A stretch of 64,000 nt of DNA from Candidatus Hydrogenedentota bacterium (GTDB lineage: Bacteria > Hydrogenedentota > Hydrogenedentia > Hydrogenedentales > SLHB01), in NCBI GenBank assembly GCA_045863335.1, contig BTVY01000008.1, forward strand, positions 101,638-165,637. Reading direction: 5' to 3'. This document shows, piece by piece, positions 42,414 through 52,581 of the stretch; position 1 is the stretch's first letter; the number at the start of each line of letters is the position of its first letter. The notes beneath the pieces are model-generated. The model was not told the DNA's origin and did no database searches. It was given only the letters and a program-made list of their open reading frames with translations. The translations under genes and the position numbers were made by a program.

Positions 42414-42620
42414 GCTGCTTTCGAATGGAGAACCGTCACCTACTTCGGCTTTGATCCGATAGTTTGGGCTGCCTTCCGGGAGGTGATCAATAGAACGCCG
42501 TGGAGGCTGTCAACGCAAAATGGAAATGTTCGCTTCTTTGCAAAATGGAAATGTCCGGTTTTGGGGTTGCTTAAGCCCTTTCCCGTCGGAGCCGTCCGTC
42601 GCTCACCGAGAGCGGCGACG

Positions 42621-42824
42621 GACGAGCAACAGAGGGAAAGGGCGGCCCGCCGCCACCCGCAAACGCGCCGCCCCGGCTTCGGCGACGTAGACTTCGCCCC
42701 CTTCTTCGAAGCCCTCAAAGACATCAATTACGAAGGTTACGTCTCCGTCGAAGTCTTCATCTTCGACCGCGGCCCCGAAATCATTGCCGAGAAAAGCCGG
42801 AAATACATGAAGCCGTTCGTGTGA
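42621..42824 (+). pseudogene. Diverged duplicate of the 3' end of the epimerase gene
   Basis: 42671-42824 aligns without gaps to 41514-41667 (24 mismatches in 51 codons by hand count); degraded similarity continues upstream. Confidence 0.9.
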
Positions 42825-42872
42825 GGGGTTTTACCTGTACGGGCGGTATTGACGGGATTTTCCAATCTGACG

Positions 42873-43871
42873 TCAGGCCTTCGTGATTTGCGGTTTCAGG
42901 ACGGCGGTGCCGGTGCCTTGGTAGGCTTCGATGAGGCGTTGGAACATTTCTTCGTTTTCGTAGGTGCCGACGATGGCGCCGCCGGACCCCGCGAACTTGG
43001 CGCTGGCGCCGACGGAGCGGGCGCGTTCGACGAGGTCGATGTTGTCGTCGGAGAGGCGGTAGAGGGATCGGCGCAGATCGAAGTTCTTGTCGAGGATCGG
43101 GCCGATCTCCGTACCCTTGCCGGCGAGAAGCAGGTCGCGGACTTGCTGGGCGTAGGTCGCGAACGCTTTCATCGCGTCGATGACGACGGAATCGCCGTTG
43201 CGCCAGCGCTCGCGAATGTTGTTGTGGAAGACTTCCGAGCCCTCGGCCAACCCGGTCCGGTAGGCGATGTAGAGATTGGGCAAAAGGTCCGGATCGAGTT
43301 CCTCGTAGCGTCCGTGACCATGCTCCTTCATGAAGGCCTCGTCGAAATCCATGAATACGCAATCTTCGTAGACCTGGATGACGCGGTCCTGCAACCCGGC
43401 GGCGATACCGAGTTCGGCCTCGACGCTGAGGATGACGTTGGGCTGGATTTCCTTCGGGATCTCGACCTCGTAGTACTCCATGAGGCAGCGCAGGGTCGCC
43501 GTCACGAGGGCGCTGGAACCCGCCATCCCCACGTGCCGCGGGATGGTGGTGCGGTAGCGGATCAGGAAGTTCTTGTTCGCCAGGCCGATCCCTTCGGCAT
43601 CGCAGTAGTCGGAAAACTTGCGGATCGTCGCCTTCACGAGACGGATCGCGCCGTAGTAGCCGTAGACCTGCACGTCCTGGACTAGGTCGCGCATGGAGGC
43701 ATAGGTGGACCGGTCCCGCATACTGGGGATAATCTCGACTTCGGGGTGCTCGTAGAGGCTGACCTTGGCGGCGAAATTGCGGATCGTAAAGCTGATGGTC
43801 TTGCCGAAATAGCCGTCGGACGGATTGCCGATTAGCCCGGCTCGGGCGTAAGCAGTTGCTTCGCATGCCAT
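42873..43871 (-). CDS. GHMP kinase, glucuronokinase-like
   Basis: AYARAGLIGNPSDG, IPRHVGMAGSSA, AGLQDRVIQ, KFAGSGGA. Confidence 0.85.
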   Translation of the reverse strand: MACEATAYARAGLIGNPSDGYFGKTISFTIRNFAAKVSLYEHPEVEIIPSMRDRSTYASMRDLVQDVQVYGYYGAIRLVKATIRKFSDYCDAEGIGLANKNFLIRYRTTIPRHVGMAGSSALVTATLRCLMEYYEVEIPKEIQPNVILSVEAELGIAAGLQDRVIQVYEDCVFMDFDEAFMKEHGHGRYEELDPDLLPNLYIAYRTGLAEGSEVFHNNIRERWRNGDSVVIDAMKAFATYAQQVRDLLLAGKGTEIGPILDKNFDLRRSLYRLSDDNIDLVERARSVGASAKFAGSGGAIVGTYENEEMFQRLIEAYQGTGTAVLKPQITKA

Positions 43872-43973
43872 TACAGGTCTCCTACACCCGGAAGGTTAAA
43901 CTGGTCGACCAAGGATAGGCGTGGGAAACGATAAGATCAAGTAACCAGTCCAAGAGGTGCTCTCGTTTTTGCC

Positions 43974-44030
43974 AAATCCGAAATCCAAAGCACGAAAACC
44001 GAAACAAATTCTAATGACCAAAACTCGCAA
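43974..44030. repeat. Degenerate heptamer tandem repeat (AAATCCG/AAATCCA...)
   Basis: aaatccg aaatcca aagcacg aaaaccg aaacaaattctaatgacc. Confidence 0.6.
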
Positions 44031-44417
44031 CGGGGCGTCTGCCTCTGGCTTGGGCAACGCCCTGTGGCTTGGGCGTGCCCGATTTGGTTTGAACTTCTCC
44101 GCTGTGACGTGGTCGTGCCCCCAAGGGCCCGGGAGGGCAATCCCGGGTGCTATTCTCGCTGAAGAGTTTCGGCGTGGACGCCCGGGCCACGGTGTGCACC
44201 GAACGTCATGCCAAAATGTAAGGAACAACGCGTATCTCGATTGATCCGGCTTGGCCGCTGACAATTGGGTATAAAGGAGTTGTGAATTGCGATTGATTGT
44301 CGAATCGGGAAACTGGTACCATTAGTACAGATCGGGAATATTCCTGAATCGCCCGGGGGAACCGAAGACGCGCGTTCTGGCTCCCTCATTTCCGTAAACC
44401 GGTGGGAAAGTAGTCCG

Positions 44418-45041
44418 TTGAGCAAATCACCTGCTGAATCTCCCCCACGCTCTCCCGAGTTCGAGAAGCTGGTGTTGGAGCACATGGATATGCTGTACGC
44501 GGTCGCGTTGCGGCACACGCGCAACACGGCTGACGCATACGATCTGACTCAAAACACCGTCCTGAAGGCGCTGCGATTCCACGACAAGTTCGAAAAAGGA
44601 ACGTATATCAAGGCGTGGTTGTTGACGATCCTGCGCAACACGTTTATCAACGAGTATCGGCGCAAGGCGCGCCGCCCCACCTTCGTCGAACTCACCGGCG
44701 CGGAGCCCGCCGAAGACACTTCGCTCGATCCCAACCTGAACTACGAACCGCCCGAACGGACGCCTAGCGAGTTACTCGAACTCCTGGACGACGAGGTGAA
44801 GCTGGCGGTGGAGTCGCTGCCGGAGGACTTCCGGCAGGCGGTCATTATGGCCGATCTCGAGGATCTCTCGTACAAAGAGATCGCGGAAAAGATGGGCTGC
44901 CCCTTGGGCACGGTCATGTCCCGCCTCTATCGTGGGCGGAAGCTCCTTCGCGAACGCCTTTACGACTACGCGAAGAACAAGCGTCTCGTTTCCGACGAGC
45001 CTGACGAGTCAGGAAACGGAAAGACGAAGCCCTCCAAATAG
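44418..45041 (+). CDS. ECF RNA polymerase sigma factor
   Basis: DAYDLTQNT, KAWLLTILRNTFIN, LSYKEIA, GTVMSRLYRGR. Confidence 0.93.
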   Translation: MSKSPAESPPRSPEFEKLVLEHMDMLYAVALRHTRNTADAYDLTQNTVLKALRFHDKFEKGTYIKAWLLTILRNTFINEYRRKARRPTFVELTGAEPAEDTSLDPNLNYEPPERTPSELLELLDDEVKLAVESLPEDFRQAVIMADLEDLSYKEIAEKMGCPLGTVMSRLYRGRKLLRERLYDYAKNKRLVSDEPDESGNGKTKPSK

Positions 45042-45054
45042 CGCAGGCTAGTGG

Positions 45055-48000
45055 CTATTCGGTGATTCTCCACAAACGTTCAATCGCCCGTGCAATCGCA
45101 TTGCGTCTAGCTTCGATGGGCGCGGGATCCAGGGTAAAGTTCGTCATGCTGGCGGTGATGGCGTCAGGCACCTCCAAGAGCCCGCGGTACTCGTTCAGTT
45201 CGGCTTCGCCAATCGCTTCCGCGCCGGAATCCTCCAGCAATCCGCGCAGGATGGCCAGGTATTCGTAGTCTTCGACGCCGTCACGGAGCATCTCCCAGCG
45301 AATGCTGTCCACGGGTCCGGCAAGAACTGCTTCGCTCTGGGATCCATCGGCCGCGGCTTCAGGCGGATACATAAAGCGCCCGTCGCCGTTGCCCCACGGC
45401 AACTTGACTCCCGGAGGCGTGCCGTAGCCGGTGGTCCATCCCATGGGATCGGCGTAGGGATTCTGTGGTTCGTCGGGGAACGCCGTGTTACTCGTCCAGT
45501 AGTTGCTTTGCCAGATGAGAATGCCATCGATCTTGCGCTGCCAGGTCTGCCACAGCCAGACCCGAAGCGCGGTGCCGGGATGGTCGATGAAGAGGCCGCA
45601 ATAGGGCGCCGTTGGCCACGTGCACACATACCACCAGAACTTCTCCCCCTCCGCGCGCCGCACTTCCGCATCCTCCATGTCGAAGGCATCTGAAATTGGG
45701 CACCACAAGGTAGGGCCGCCGATGAGTTCCGGTTCCACTTGCTCAGTTAGCATCCGGGGGATGCCGGGTGCGGCTTCGCGGATCTTGCGGAAGCCATTCA
45801 TGACGAAGTCGTAGTCCTTGGGATCCGGCTCATCGAACCAGTATACATACGCGTCCTCGAGCCAGCCTTTGTCGCGGAGATGGGCCTCAACCTGGCGGCA
45901 ATAGTTCGCAAAGGCCGCTTGGTATTCGGGCGTATCCTCGGTGTAGCCCAGGAGGGAAGGCTCCGTGCGTGAGTGAAACGTGCCGCCGCCCATCCCGATG
46001 ATAGGGAGTTCGAAGGAAGTAAAACCAAAATCGTCCATGGCCTTCGTCATGGCTGTATCCCATGCGGTCCAATCGATTGTGGGCGTGAACGCCTCTTCGA
46101 GATTTGAGGTCGTGCCTTGTTTGTAGTCTTCGACGCCCGGCCAGGTGACGACAAAGGGATCGAGTGGCGCGGGATTGTAGGGGCTGATCCGGTGTTCGCT
46201 GAAACTCTGCAAGTACTGGTCCATCACTTCACGCTGTTGTGATGGTTCGGTGAGGTTGTGATACCGGTAGACCTCCCCGGGGGAAAATCCGAATGCCGAC
46301 GTGCATGTGGGACGGTCGGGGAGACTGAAATCGTAGACTTCAACGTGCAGCGGAACGTCCGCCTCGTACCCTTCGGCCGTGAGACGCACGCTGCCTTCAT
46401 ACATTCCGGGGGACGCATCGCGCGGCACGCGGACGCGAATCCATAGCGGTTGATTCGTTCCGCCGGGAACATCCAGCGGCCCGGCAAAAGGTGGCAAAGG
46501 GTCGGGCCAGGGAGCGACCGCACCGGTTTCATCCGTGGGACGGGTAACGTTTACGTAGCGGACGCGCAGGACGTCGATGGATTCGCTCGACACTATGGCG
46601 CCGCCCGGCCCCTGGAGATCTCCAGCCTTCGCCGTGAGACCAACCAGATCGCGCGCGGGACGCACGACGAGCTGCGCGGCTTCGGCTTCATTTCGGGCCG
46701 CGCGAATGACGATGGCGTTGGCCGCTGCCTCTGGAAGCGGGCGGTCCTTGCTGATTTTCCAACCCGACGAGGCCCACCACAGACCGGTGTTCTCGTTCGA
46801 TTGGGGCAGACGTTGGCCATAGGTCGCATCGTACAGCACCGGCACATGGAAAGACCCTTGCGCATGGAAGGACTCAGCGCCGCCAACGCGAAAGTCGACG
46901 TCGTACCCGCCCGCGCGCGCGACCGTGTAAGGCACTTCAAGCACCGACTCCCCTGGCGTCGCGGAGAGTACACGTTCAAAAACCGCCGCAGTACCATCGT
47001 GGTGCGCAATCGTAACCTTCGCGTCCAGGGGCAGGGCGGACGGCGAGGAATTGTCGATGCGCGCGCGAAGAACGTTTTGCCCACCGGGCCGGGTTTCGCC
47101 GAAATCGGTGCACGTAACTTCGAAGCGTGGATCGATTGACTTTACCGCGAGGAAATCTGTGTCTCCCGTGAGGTGGAGCGGTTCGCCGTCGATCACCGCG
47201 AGGTACGAGTAGTCCTTCACGATCAACGCGGCGTCGCTTCCGCCGTCGCCACGAAGGCGCACGCTCACGGTTCCGGAGGGCAACAACTCGGCGGGAACCG
47301 GGAACTGCTGAATACCCTGGCGGGTCATCTCCCCCACCTTCGTCCATTCCGTTGTGGCACTACGAACCTCGACAAGCAAGGCACCTGCAGTATATTCGCT
47401 GATGTTCACCTCGATGGTGGCACTGAGCTGGTTTCGGGCGCCGACACGGTGCTCATGAGTGACTTCGCTGCCGGCAGTAACCATCCAGCGATTGGTGTTA
47501 AAGGCACACGCTTGAGACACGAGGGGCCGAGCGAAGTTCCCATAGCTACCGGCAATGGGGCCGTGAAACGAATAGTCGTTTCCCGAAACGGATTCTCCTT
47601 TCCCGAGCGGGATATCCCCATGGGTCGCGTGCACGGCTTGCGCGACGCTCAGGGAAACATCGTCGAACGCCAGCGTTCCAGGAACGCGCCACTGGCCGAA
47701 GCGCAGGGTGGCCCTATCGGCGGTCAGATTTGATGGCGTGAGGAAAACGGTGGTGTATTCTTGCCAATCCACAGGAGGGACGCCCAGGTCTCGATTGGCA
47801 AACTGGGGTCCCGTCATGGCGGTGCCTCCGGCGGGCGATGTTACCGTGCGCGCCCGAAAGCGGAGCTGGTACAGCGCAGAGGGTTCCAGGGGCAGCGAGC
47901 CTGTTCGCCAACTATTGGAATCTTCGCCGGTCCCCGTGACCGTGATGGCGCGTTCATCGGCTATCCATTTGCCGGGACCGCCCGATAGTGTCCACGAAGG

Positions 48001-48111
48001 CTCAGCGGCGGGGTCGGTGTCAAAGGCGCCGTTCGGAACCGGAATCACCTGCGCACCCGCCATGGCCGCATTGAGCGCTAGAATCCAGGTAACTGCTTTC
48101 CCCTTGCACAT
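45055..48111 (-). CDS. Secreted DUF4091 / GH123-like glycoside hydrolase with N-terminal CBM-like domain
   Basis: AARNEAEAAQ, WPDPL, YWFDEP, WWYVC, GDGRFMYP, SIRWEMLRDGVEDYEYL. Confidence 0.8.
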   Translation of the reverse strand: MCKGKAVTWILALNAAMAGAQVIPVPNGAFDTDPAAEPSWTLSGGPGKWIADERAITVTGTGEDSNSWRTGSLPLEPSALYQLRFRARTVTSPAGGTAMTGPQFANRDLGVPPVDWQEYTTVFLTPSNLTADRATLRFGQWRVPGTLAFDDVSLSVAQAVHATHGDIPLGKGESVSGNDYSFHGPIAGSYGNFARPLVSQACAFNTNRWMVTAGSEVTHEHRVGARNQLSATIEVNISEYTAGALLVEVRSATTEWTKVGEMTRQGIQQFPVPAELLPSGTVSVRLRGDGGSDAALIVKDYSYLAVIDGEPLHLTGDTDFLAVKSIDPRFEVTCTDFGETRPGGQNVLRARIDNSSPSALPLDAKVTIAHHDGTAAVFERVLSATPGESVLEVPYTVARAGGYDVDFRVGGAESFHAQGSFHVPVLYDATYGQRLPQSNENTGLWWASSGWKISKDRPLPEAAANAIVIRAARNEAEAAQLVVRPARDLVGLTAKAGDLQGPGGAIVSSESIDVLRVRYVNVTRPTDETGAVAPWPDPLPPFAGPLDVPGGTNQPLWIRVRVPRDASPGMYEGSVRLTAEGYEADVPLHVEVYDFSLPDRPTCTSAFGFSPGEVYRYHNLTEPSQQREVMDQYLQSFSEHRISPYNPAPLDPFVVTWPGVEDYKQGTTSNLEEAFTPTIDWTAWDTAMTKAMDDFGFTSFELPIIGMGGGTFHSRTEPSLLGYTEDTPEYQAAFANYCRQVEAHLRDKGWLEDAYVYWFDEPDPKDYDFVMNGFRKIREAAPGIPRMLTEQVEPELIGGPTLWCPISDAFDMEDAEVRRAEGEKFWWYVCTWPTAPYCGLFIDHPGTALRVWLWQTWQRKIDGILIWQSNYWTSNTAFPDEPQNPYADPMGWTTGYGTPPGVKLPWGNGDGRFMYPPEAAADGSQSEAVLAGPVDSIRWEMLRDGVEDYEYLAILRGLLEDSGAEAIGEAELNEYRGLLEVPDAITASMTNFTLDPAPIEARRNAIARAIERLWRITE

Positions 48112-48155
48112 ACCAATCCCCCTTTGGCGTCTATGGACGCATCGCGAAAACATGG

Positions 48156-49490
48156 CTATTTCCGAAAGAGTTTTTGCACGGCATCCAGTAGTTCGGCGGA
48201 CGCGATGACGATGACGGAATCGCCCGATTGCACGACGGAGTCCCCTTTCGGCACCACGACTTTCTCGCCGCGCAGAATGCTGGCAACCAGCGCGCCTCGG
48301 GGCAGCCGTACGTCTTTAAGCGCCTTCCCGTGCAGGGCGGAATCGCCATTGACCGTCAGTTCGACGATTTCGATGTCGCCCTCCTCGAGCACAGCGAGCG
48401 TGGAGATGTTCTGTTGGTGAACGAGGCGAAGGATCCGGTTGGCAATACTGGCGCGAGGCGTGACGGCGTGGTCGATGCCGAGCTTGCGCACGAGGGGCGC
48501 GAAGTCGGGCTGGTGGACGACAGCGATCGTCTGCGCCGCGCCGACCTCTTTCGCGAGCACGCCGGCCATGATGTTCTTCTCGTCGTCCCTGGTGCAGGAG
48601 ACGAAGACATCCGCGCGGTCGACGTGTTCCTGTTCGAGAGCCACGCGGGAGGTGGCGTCGCGGCAGACGACCTTCGCCTTCTTGAGCTTGGCCGCCATCT
48701 GATTGCAGCGCGAAAGATTCCAGTCGATAATCTTGACCGACTGGCCCCGCTCTTCGAGGATGCGGGCGAGGTGCATGCCGATGCTGCTGCCGCCCATGAT
48801 GGTGATCTTCTCTGCCTTCTCCTCGCGGCCCTTGAACATGCTGAGCATGTAGTCGATTTGATCGCGCTCGCCGATGAAAGTGACCACGTCACCCGGTTCG
48901 ATGGTGGAATCGCCGTGAGGGATCAAGGTTTGGCCGTTTCGCGTGATCGCGCCGACGAGAGTTCCTGTTGGGAACTGGACATCCTTGAGCGCCTTGCCGC
49001 CGGAGGTGGGCGATTTGGTGACGCGCAGTTGCCGCATCTTGACGAGTCCGCGGCCAAAGTCTTCGGTGGAGACGACGCCGGGACTCTCGATGTACTTGGC
49101 AATCTCCAACGCGGTCAGCGCCTCGGGACTGAGAATGTAATCGATACCCAGGACTGTTTCGTACAGGATATTGGATTCAAAATAGACCGGTTCATCGACC
49201 CGGGCAACGACGTTCTTGGCGCCGAGTCCCTTTGCAGCGGCGGCGGCAATGAGGTTGACTTCGTCGCTACCGGTAACCGATACGAAGAGATCAGCCGAGG
49301 CGACGCCGAGTTCGGTCATCAGCATGACTGACGCCGCGCTTCCTTCGACGACACTCACGTCAAGCGCGTAGTCCACCTGTTCGACCCGGTTCATGTCCGA
49401 CTCAATCACGGTAACATCGTGCCCTTCCAGGCTGAGGAGGCGGGCCAGATGAAACCCGACGCGACCGCCGCCTGCCAGAAAGATGTTCAT
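48156..49490 (-). CDS. trkA: Trk system potassium uptake regulator
   Basis: Two RCK_N/RCK_C pairs (GGGRVG, GGSSIG, DEVN, DEKN); about 444 aa. Confidence 0.93.
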   Translation of the reverse strand: MNIFLAGGGRVGFHLARLLSLEGHDVTVIESDMNRVEQVDYALDVSVVEGSAASVMLMTELGVASADLFVSVTGSDEVNLIAAAAAKGLGAKNVVARVDEPVYFESNILYETVLGIDYILSPEALTALEIAKYIESPGVVSTEDFGRGLVKMRQLRVTKSPTSGGKALKDVQFPTGTLVGAITRNGQTLIPHGDSTIEPGDVVTFIGERDQIDYMLSMFKGREEKAEKITIMGGSSIGMHLARILEERGQSVKIIDWNLSRCNQMAAKLKKAKVVCRDATSRVALEQEHVDRADVFVSCTRDDEKNIMAGVLAKEVGAAQTIAVVHQPDFAPLVRKLGIDHAVTPRASIANRILRLVHQQNISTLAVLEEGDIEIVELTVNGDSALHGKALKDVRLPRGALVASILRGEKVVVPKGDSVVQSGDSVIVIASAELLDAVQKLFRK

Positions 49491-49832
49491 GGTGTTTCCC
49501 CTCTCATGTGACGCCGAAAATGCGCCTCTTGCCGATCCGTGGATCATCTCGCAAGGGGTGCGGCTGTGTCAACCGGAGGAGCCTGGGGCGCAGTTCTCGC
49601 GGCGGAGCGGAGGATCTGCGTTTGGAAAGCGAGATTGGGTCTGACGATTCCGGCATCGACATTCTGCCGGCCGTGACGGTGTTCCAGATCGGAGTATCGG
49701 TATCGATTTCAAATGTGAGATCTCAGATCCAGACAACGGGATACCAAGACCTAGTGCAGGCGGAAGAGCGAAGGCCCGAACATTGACGAGAATCCGCCGA
49801 TTCGGAACCACAGCCGATGGGATGGAACATAT

Positions 49833-49910
49833 TGGCCACAAAAGATCGCAAAGAACTCAAAAAAAGAGAAGACAAGTGCCTTTTGCGTTCTTTGCGATCT
49901 TTTGTGGCTA
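49833..49910. repeat. Long hairpin REP-like element
   Basis: gccacaaaagatcgcaaagaac pairs perfectly with gttctttgcgatcttttgtggc. Confidence 0.85.
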
Positions 49911-50097
49911 ATTCATGGATGCAGCGGGCATTTGCAGATGGATATTCACGAGCCGTCGCGCGAAACGAACGAGAGCCCATAGAGACCTTCCAAGACGTGG
50001 GTTCCCTGAGCGGAGTTCGGGCCGCGGTCGAGCGCGAACCCATGCTAAACTGGAGGGGTACACGGCTGCGCGTTTCGACACTTGTGAAGGCGTAACA

Positions 50098-50568
50098 ATG
50101 GCAATCAAATACGTTCGGAAGGACTTTCGCGAGCATGCTAAGGGGGCGCACCGCGACCTGCCGCCCGTGCAGCGTCCCATGTTGCCCTTTCCGAAGACTC
50201 GCTGGAAACGCGTCCAGATCTTCTCCCTGTTGATCCTGATTTGTCTCCTGTTCATCCTGGACGGCCTGCAACGGCGGCGCGAAGCGATCCAGAACGAGGT
50301 GACCGTGACCAAAGGGATTGTCGTGAGCAAGTCCGAGGCGGACGGCGACGCAGACGACGGCGTCTACACAGTGGACTTGGAACTGCCGTTGGAAGGCGAG
50401 GGACCTGCCAGAGTTGAGGCCGTCTGCGGCGAGGAGTTATGGCAAATGCTGGAGCCGGGCACTCCGGTCCAGGTCCGGTACTACACCACGCTCCGAGATG
50501 GCCAGTTGGTGATTCAATCCATCACGCCCATCGATGACGCGGAATCTGCCGGCGCACCCGCGCACTGA
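50098..50568 (+). CDS. Hypothetical single-TM protein with OB-fold-like domain (DUF3592-like)
   Basis: TM followed by 'KGIVVSK...LEPGTPVQVRY'. Confidence 0.6.
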   Translation: MAIKYVRKDFREHAKGAHRDLPPVQRPMLPFPKTRWKRVQIFSLLILICLLFILDGLQRRREAIQNEVTVTKGIVVSKSEADGDADDGVYTVDLELPLEGEGPARVEAVCGEELWQMLEPGTPVQVRYYTTLRDGQLVIQSITPIDDAESAGAPAH

Positions 50569-50589
50569 CTCGCTTCCAGGCCATCAGGC

Positions 50590-52581
50590 CTACTTCGCCG
50601 GGCCTCCTTCTTCCTTCGACTTCTCCGCAGCGATGATTTCTTGGTATTCGATGGGATGGCGCTCTTTGATGTCATCTTCCGTAATGCGGCCGGTGATCCA
50701 GGACCAGTTCATGGGATAGGTGTCGGGATCGAGGACCATGTAATACATATGCCAGACGACGATGGTGAGGCACGCGAGCCAGGCTTCGTAGTAGTGGATG
50801 AGGGCGGCGATATCGAGCAGGTACTTGGGGAAGTACTGGAGGAACAGCCCGCCGTACCACATGGCGAAGCCGGTGATGATCATCAGGACCGAACCCCACC
50901 AAAGCCCCCAGTACTCGAACTTCTCGCTATAGCTGTAGCGGTCGAAGCGGGGTTGCTCCTTGCGAAGGCCGACACCGTACGCGAGATTCTGGAATACGTG
51001 TTTGGCATCGGTGAAGGTGAACGTGAGTTTTCGGATATCGCGGCGGCCGCTCTTGAAGAAGATGCTGTAGAGCACGTTCCACACCGTCAGCACAACCAGG
51101 ACGATACCGGCCACGCGATGCACGGTTCCGCGGATAGCCAGGTCTTCGCTGTTGAAAAAGAATATCTTGGCCCACCAGGTATCGGGGAATCGCAGCGCGA
51201 ATCCGGAGATGGCGAGGGCGATGAAGGCAATTGTCAGAATCATGTGGCCGATGGTGTGGCCTTTGGTGAAACGTTGAAAGGTGCCTTTGCCGGCCATTTC
51301 GACATGGAGTTTCGAAAATGCGTGGCGGCCCATGAGCAGCGTGTTATGGACTACCATACCGCCGATGACGATCCCGATGAGCCACAGGTATACGAGGCGC
51401 ACGATGCCCAAGGCTCTCTGACCGGGATCGGTAGGAATGATGTGAACCGGTCCCGCGGCGAAGTTCGGTCCCGCGCCAGGGTGGCACTGGGCGCAGGTCT
51501 CGGGCAGATTTTCCTTGTTGATGGTGGACGCGGGATCGGACGCTGGGAGGATGTTGTGGACGCCATGGCAACTCACACAGGTCGCGACAATCGTTGAACC
51601 GGCGGCACTCGCGAGACCATGGTAACTGTCCATGTAACTGGCCTGGCGCATGGTGACTACCCCGTAGCGCTCCATGACGCGTTCGTCGTCGTGGCAACGC
51701 GGGCATGTGGAACGGGAAACCTGGGCGCGGCTGGCAGGCGAGAGTTCCGTAGAGGGCGGCTCGATGTCATGCTCGCCATGGCAGTCGATACAGGTTGGCG
51801 CATCTTTGATGCCGGCCTCAAGAGCCTCGCCGTGGATACTCAAGGCGTATTCGGCCACGATGTCCGCGTGGCATTTCCCGCAGGTTTCGGGAATGTTGTA
51901 CTGATTGACCGGCGAATTCGAGTGGTGGGCCGGCTCGATGTCGTGTGTCCCGTGGCAGTCGTTGCAGGTGGCAGCGTTTTCGTTGCCTTCCTCGAACAGC
52001 GCGCGAGCATGAACGCCTTTCAGATAAGCCTCCGATGGATCTCCAATGGAGATCATGTGACTCTCGACCAGGGAAGGATTGGAATGGCATTTCCCGCAGG
52101 TTTCGTGCAGGTTGCGTTTGTGAGTGGATGATAAGGGGTCGGATGAGGGCCGCATGTCGTGTGAGCCGTGACAGTCGGCGCACCCCGAGACATCCTTATC
52201 GCCTTTGCTCAGCTCGAGCCCGTGGAGACTCTGGTCATATATCTCCTGCTCTTCATGGCAATTCCCGCAATTGACCGGTTTGAGGTCGTCCGGGTGTGGC
52301 AATTCAACGATGTCTTCGTGGCAGGCGACGCACCCGATAGGGCCGTGAACGGAGAAGTTGTAGACTTCCTCGTCGATGTAGAGTGGAATGGTTTTGCCGT
52401 TGGCGTCGGTTCCAGTGGCGCCGGGTTCGTTGTGGCATATGAAACAGTCAGAGTCTTCCACGGCATACGCCGTGATACTCAGCACGCCACATGCCAGAAG
52501 CAGCGTGTATCTTATGCAGCGTTCCGAAGTCCCAACCATTCCAATTACCCCCAACTCTCGCGTGTGGAGTAGCGCGATCAC
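50590..52581 (-). CDS. Multiheme cytochrome c (11 CxxCH) fused to cytochrome b domain, CbcL-like
   Basis: 11 CxxCH motifs counted; b-domain QRF..H, HRVAG, RYSYSEKFEYW, IHYYEAWLA, WHMY. Confidence 0.9.
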   Translation of the reverse strand: MIALLHTRELGVIGMVGTSERCIRYTLLLACGVLSITAYAVEDSDCFICHNEPGATGTDANGKTIPLYIDEEVYNFSVHGPIGCVACHEDIVELPHPDDLKPVNCGNCHEEQEIYDQSLHGLELSKGDKDVSGCADCHGSHDMRPSSDPLSSTHKRNLHETCGKCHSNPSLVESHMISIGDPSEAYLKGVHARALFEEGNENAATCNDCHGTHDIEPAHHSNSPVNQYNIPETCGKCHADIVAEYALSIHGEALEAGIKDAPTCIDCHGEHDIEPPSTELSPASRAQVSRSTCPRCHDDERVMERYGVVTMRQASYMDSYHGLASAAGSTIVATCVSCHGVHNILPASDPASTINKENLPETCAQCHPGAGPNFAAGPVHIIPTDPGQRALGIVRLVYLWLIGIVIGGMVVHNTLLMGRHAFSKLHVEMAGKGTFQRFTKGHTIGHMILTIAFIALAISGFALRFPDTWWAKIFFFNSEDLAIRGTVHRVAGIVLVVLTVWNVLYSIFFKSGRRDIRKLTFTFTDAKHVFQNLAYGVGLRKEQPRFDRYSYSEKFEYWGLWWGSVLMIITGFAMWYGGLFLQYFPKYLLDIAALIHYYEAWLACLTIVVWHMYYMVLDPDTYPMNWSWITGRITEDDIKERHPIEYQEIIAAEKSKEEGGPAK

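Noticed and set aside
41514-42824. Duplicated gene 3' end as a DGR template/variable repeat pair
   Set aside because: Mismatches are not adenine-specific, many are synonymous third-position changes, and there is no reverse transcriptase in the window
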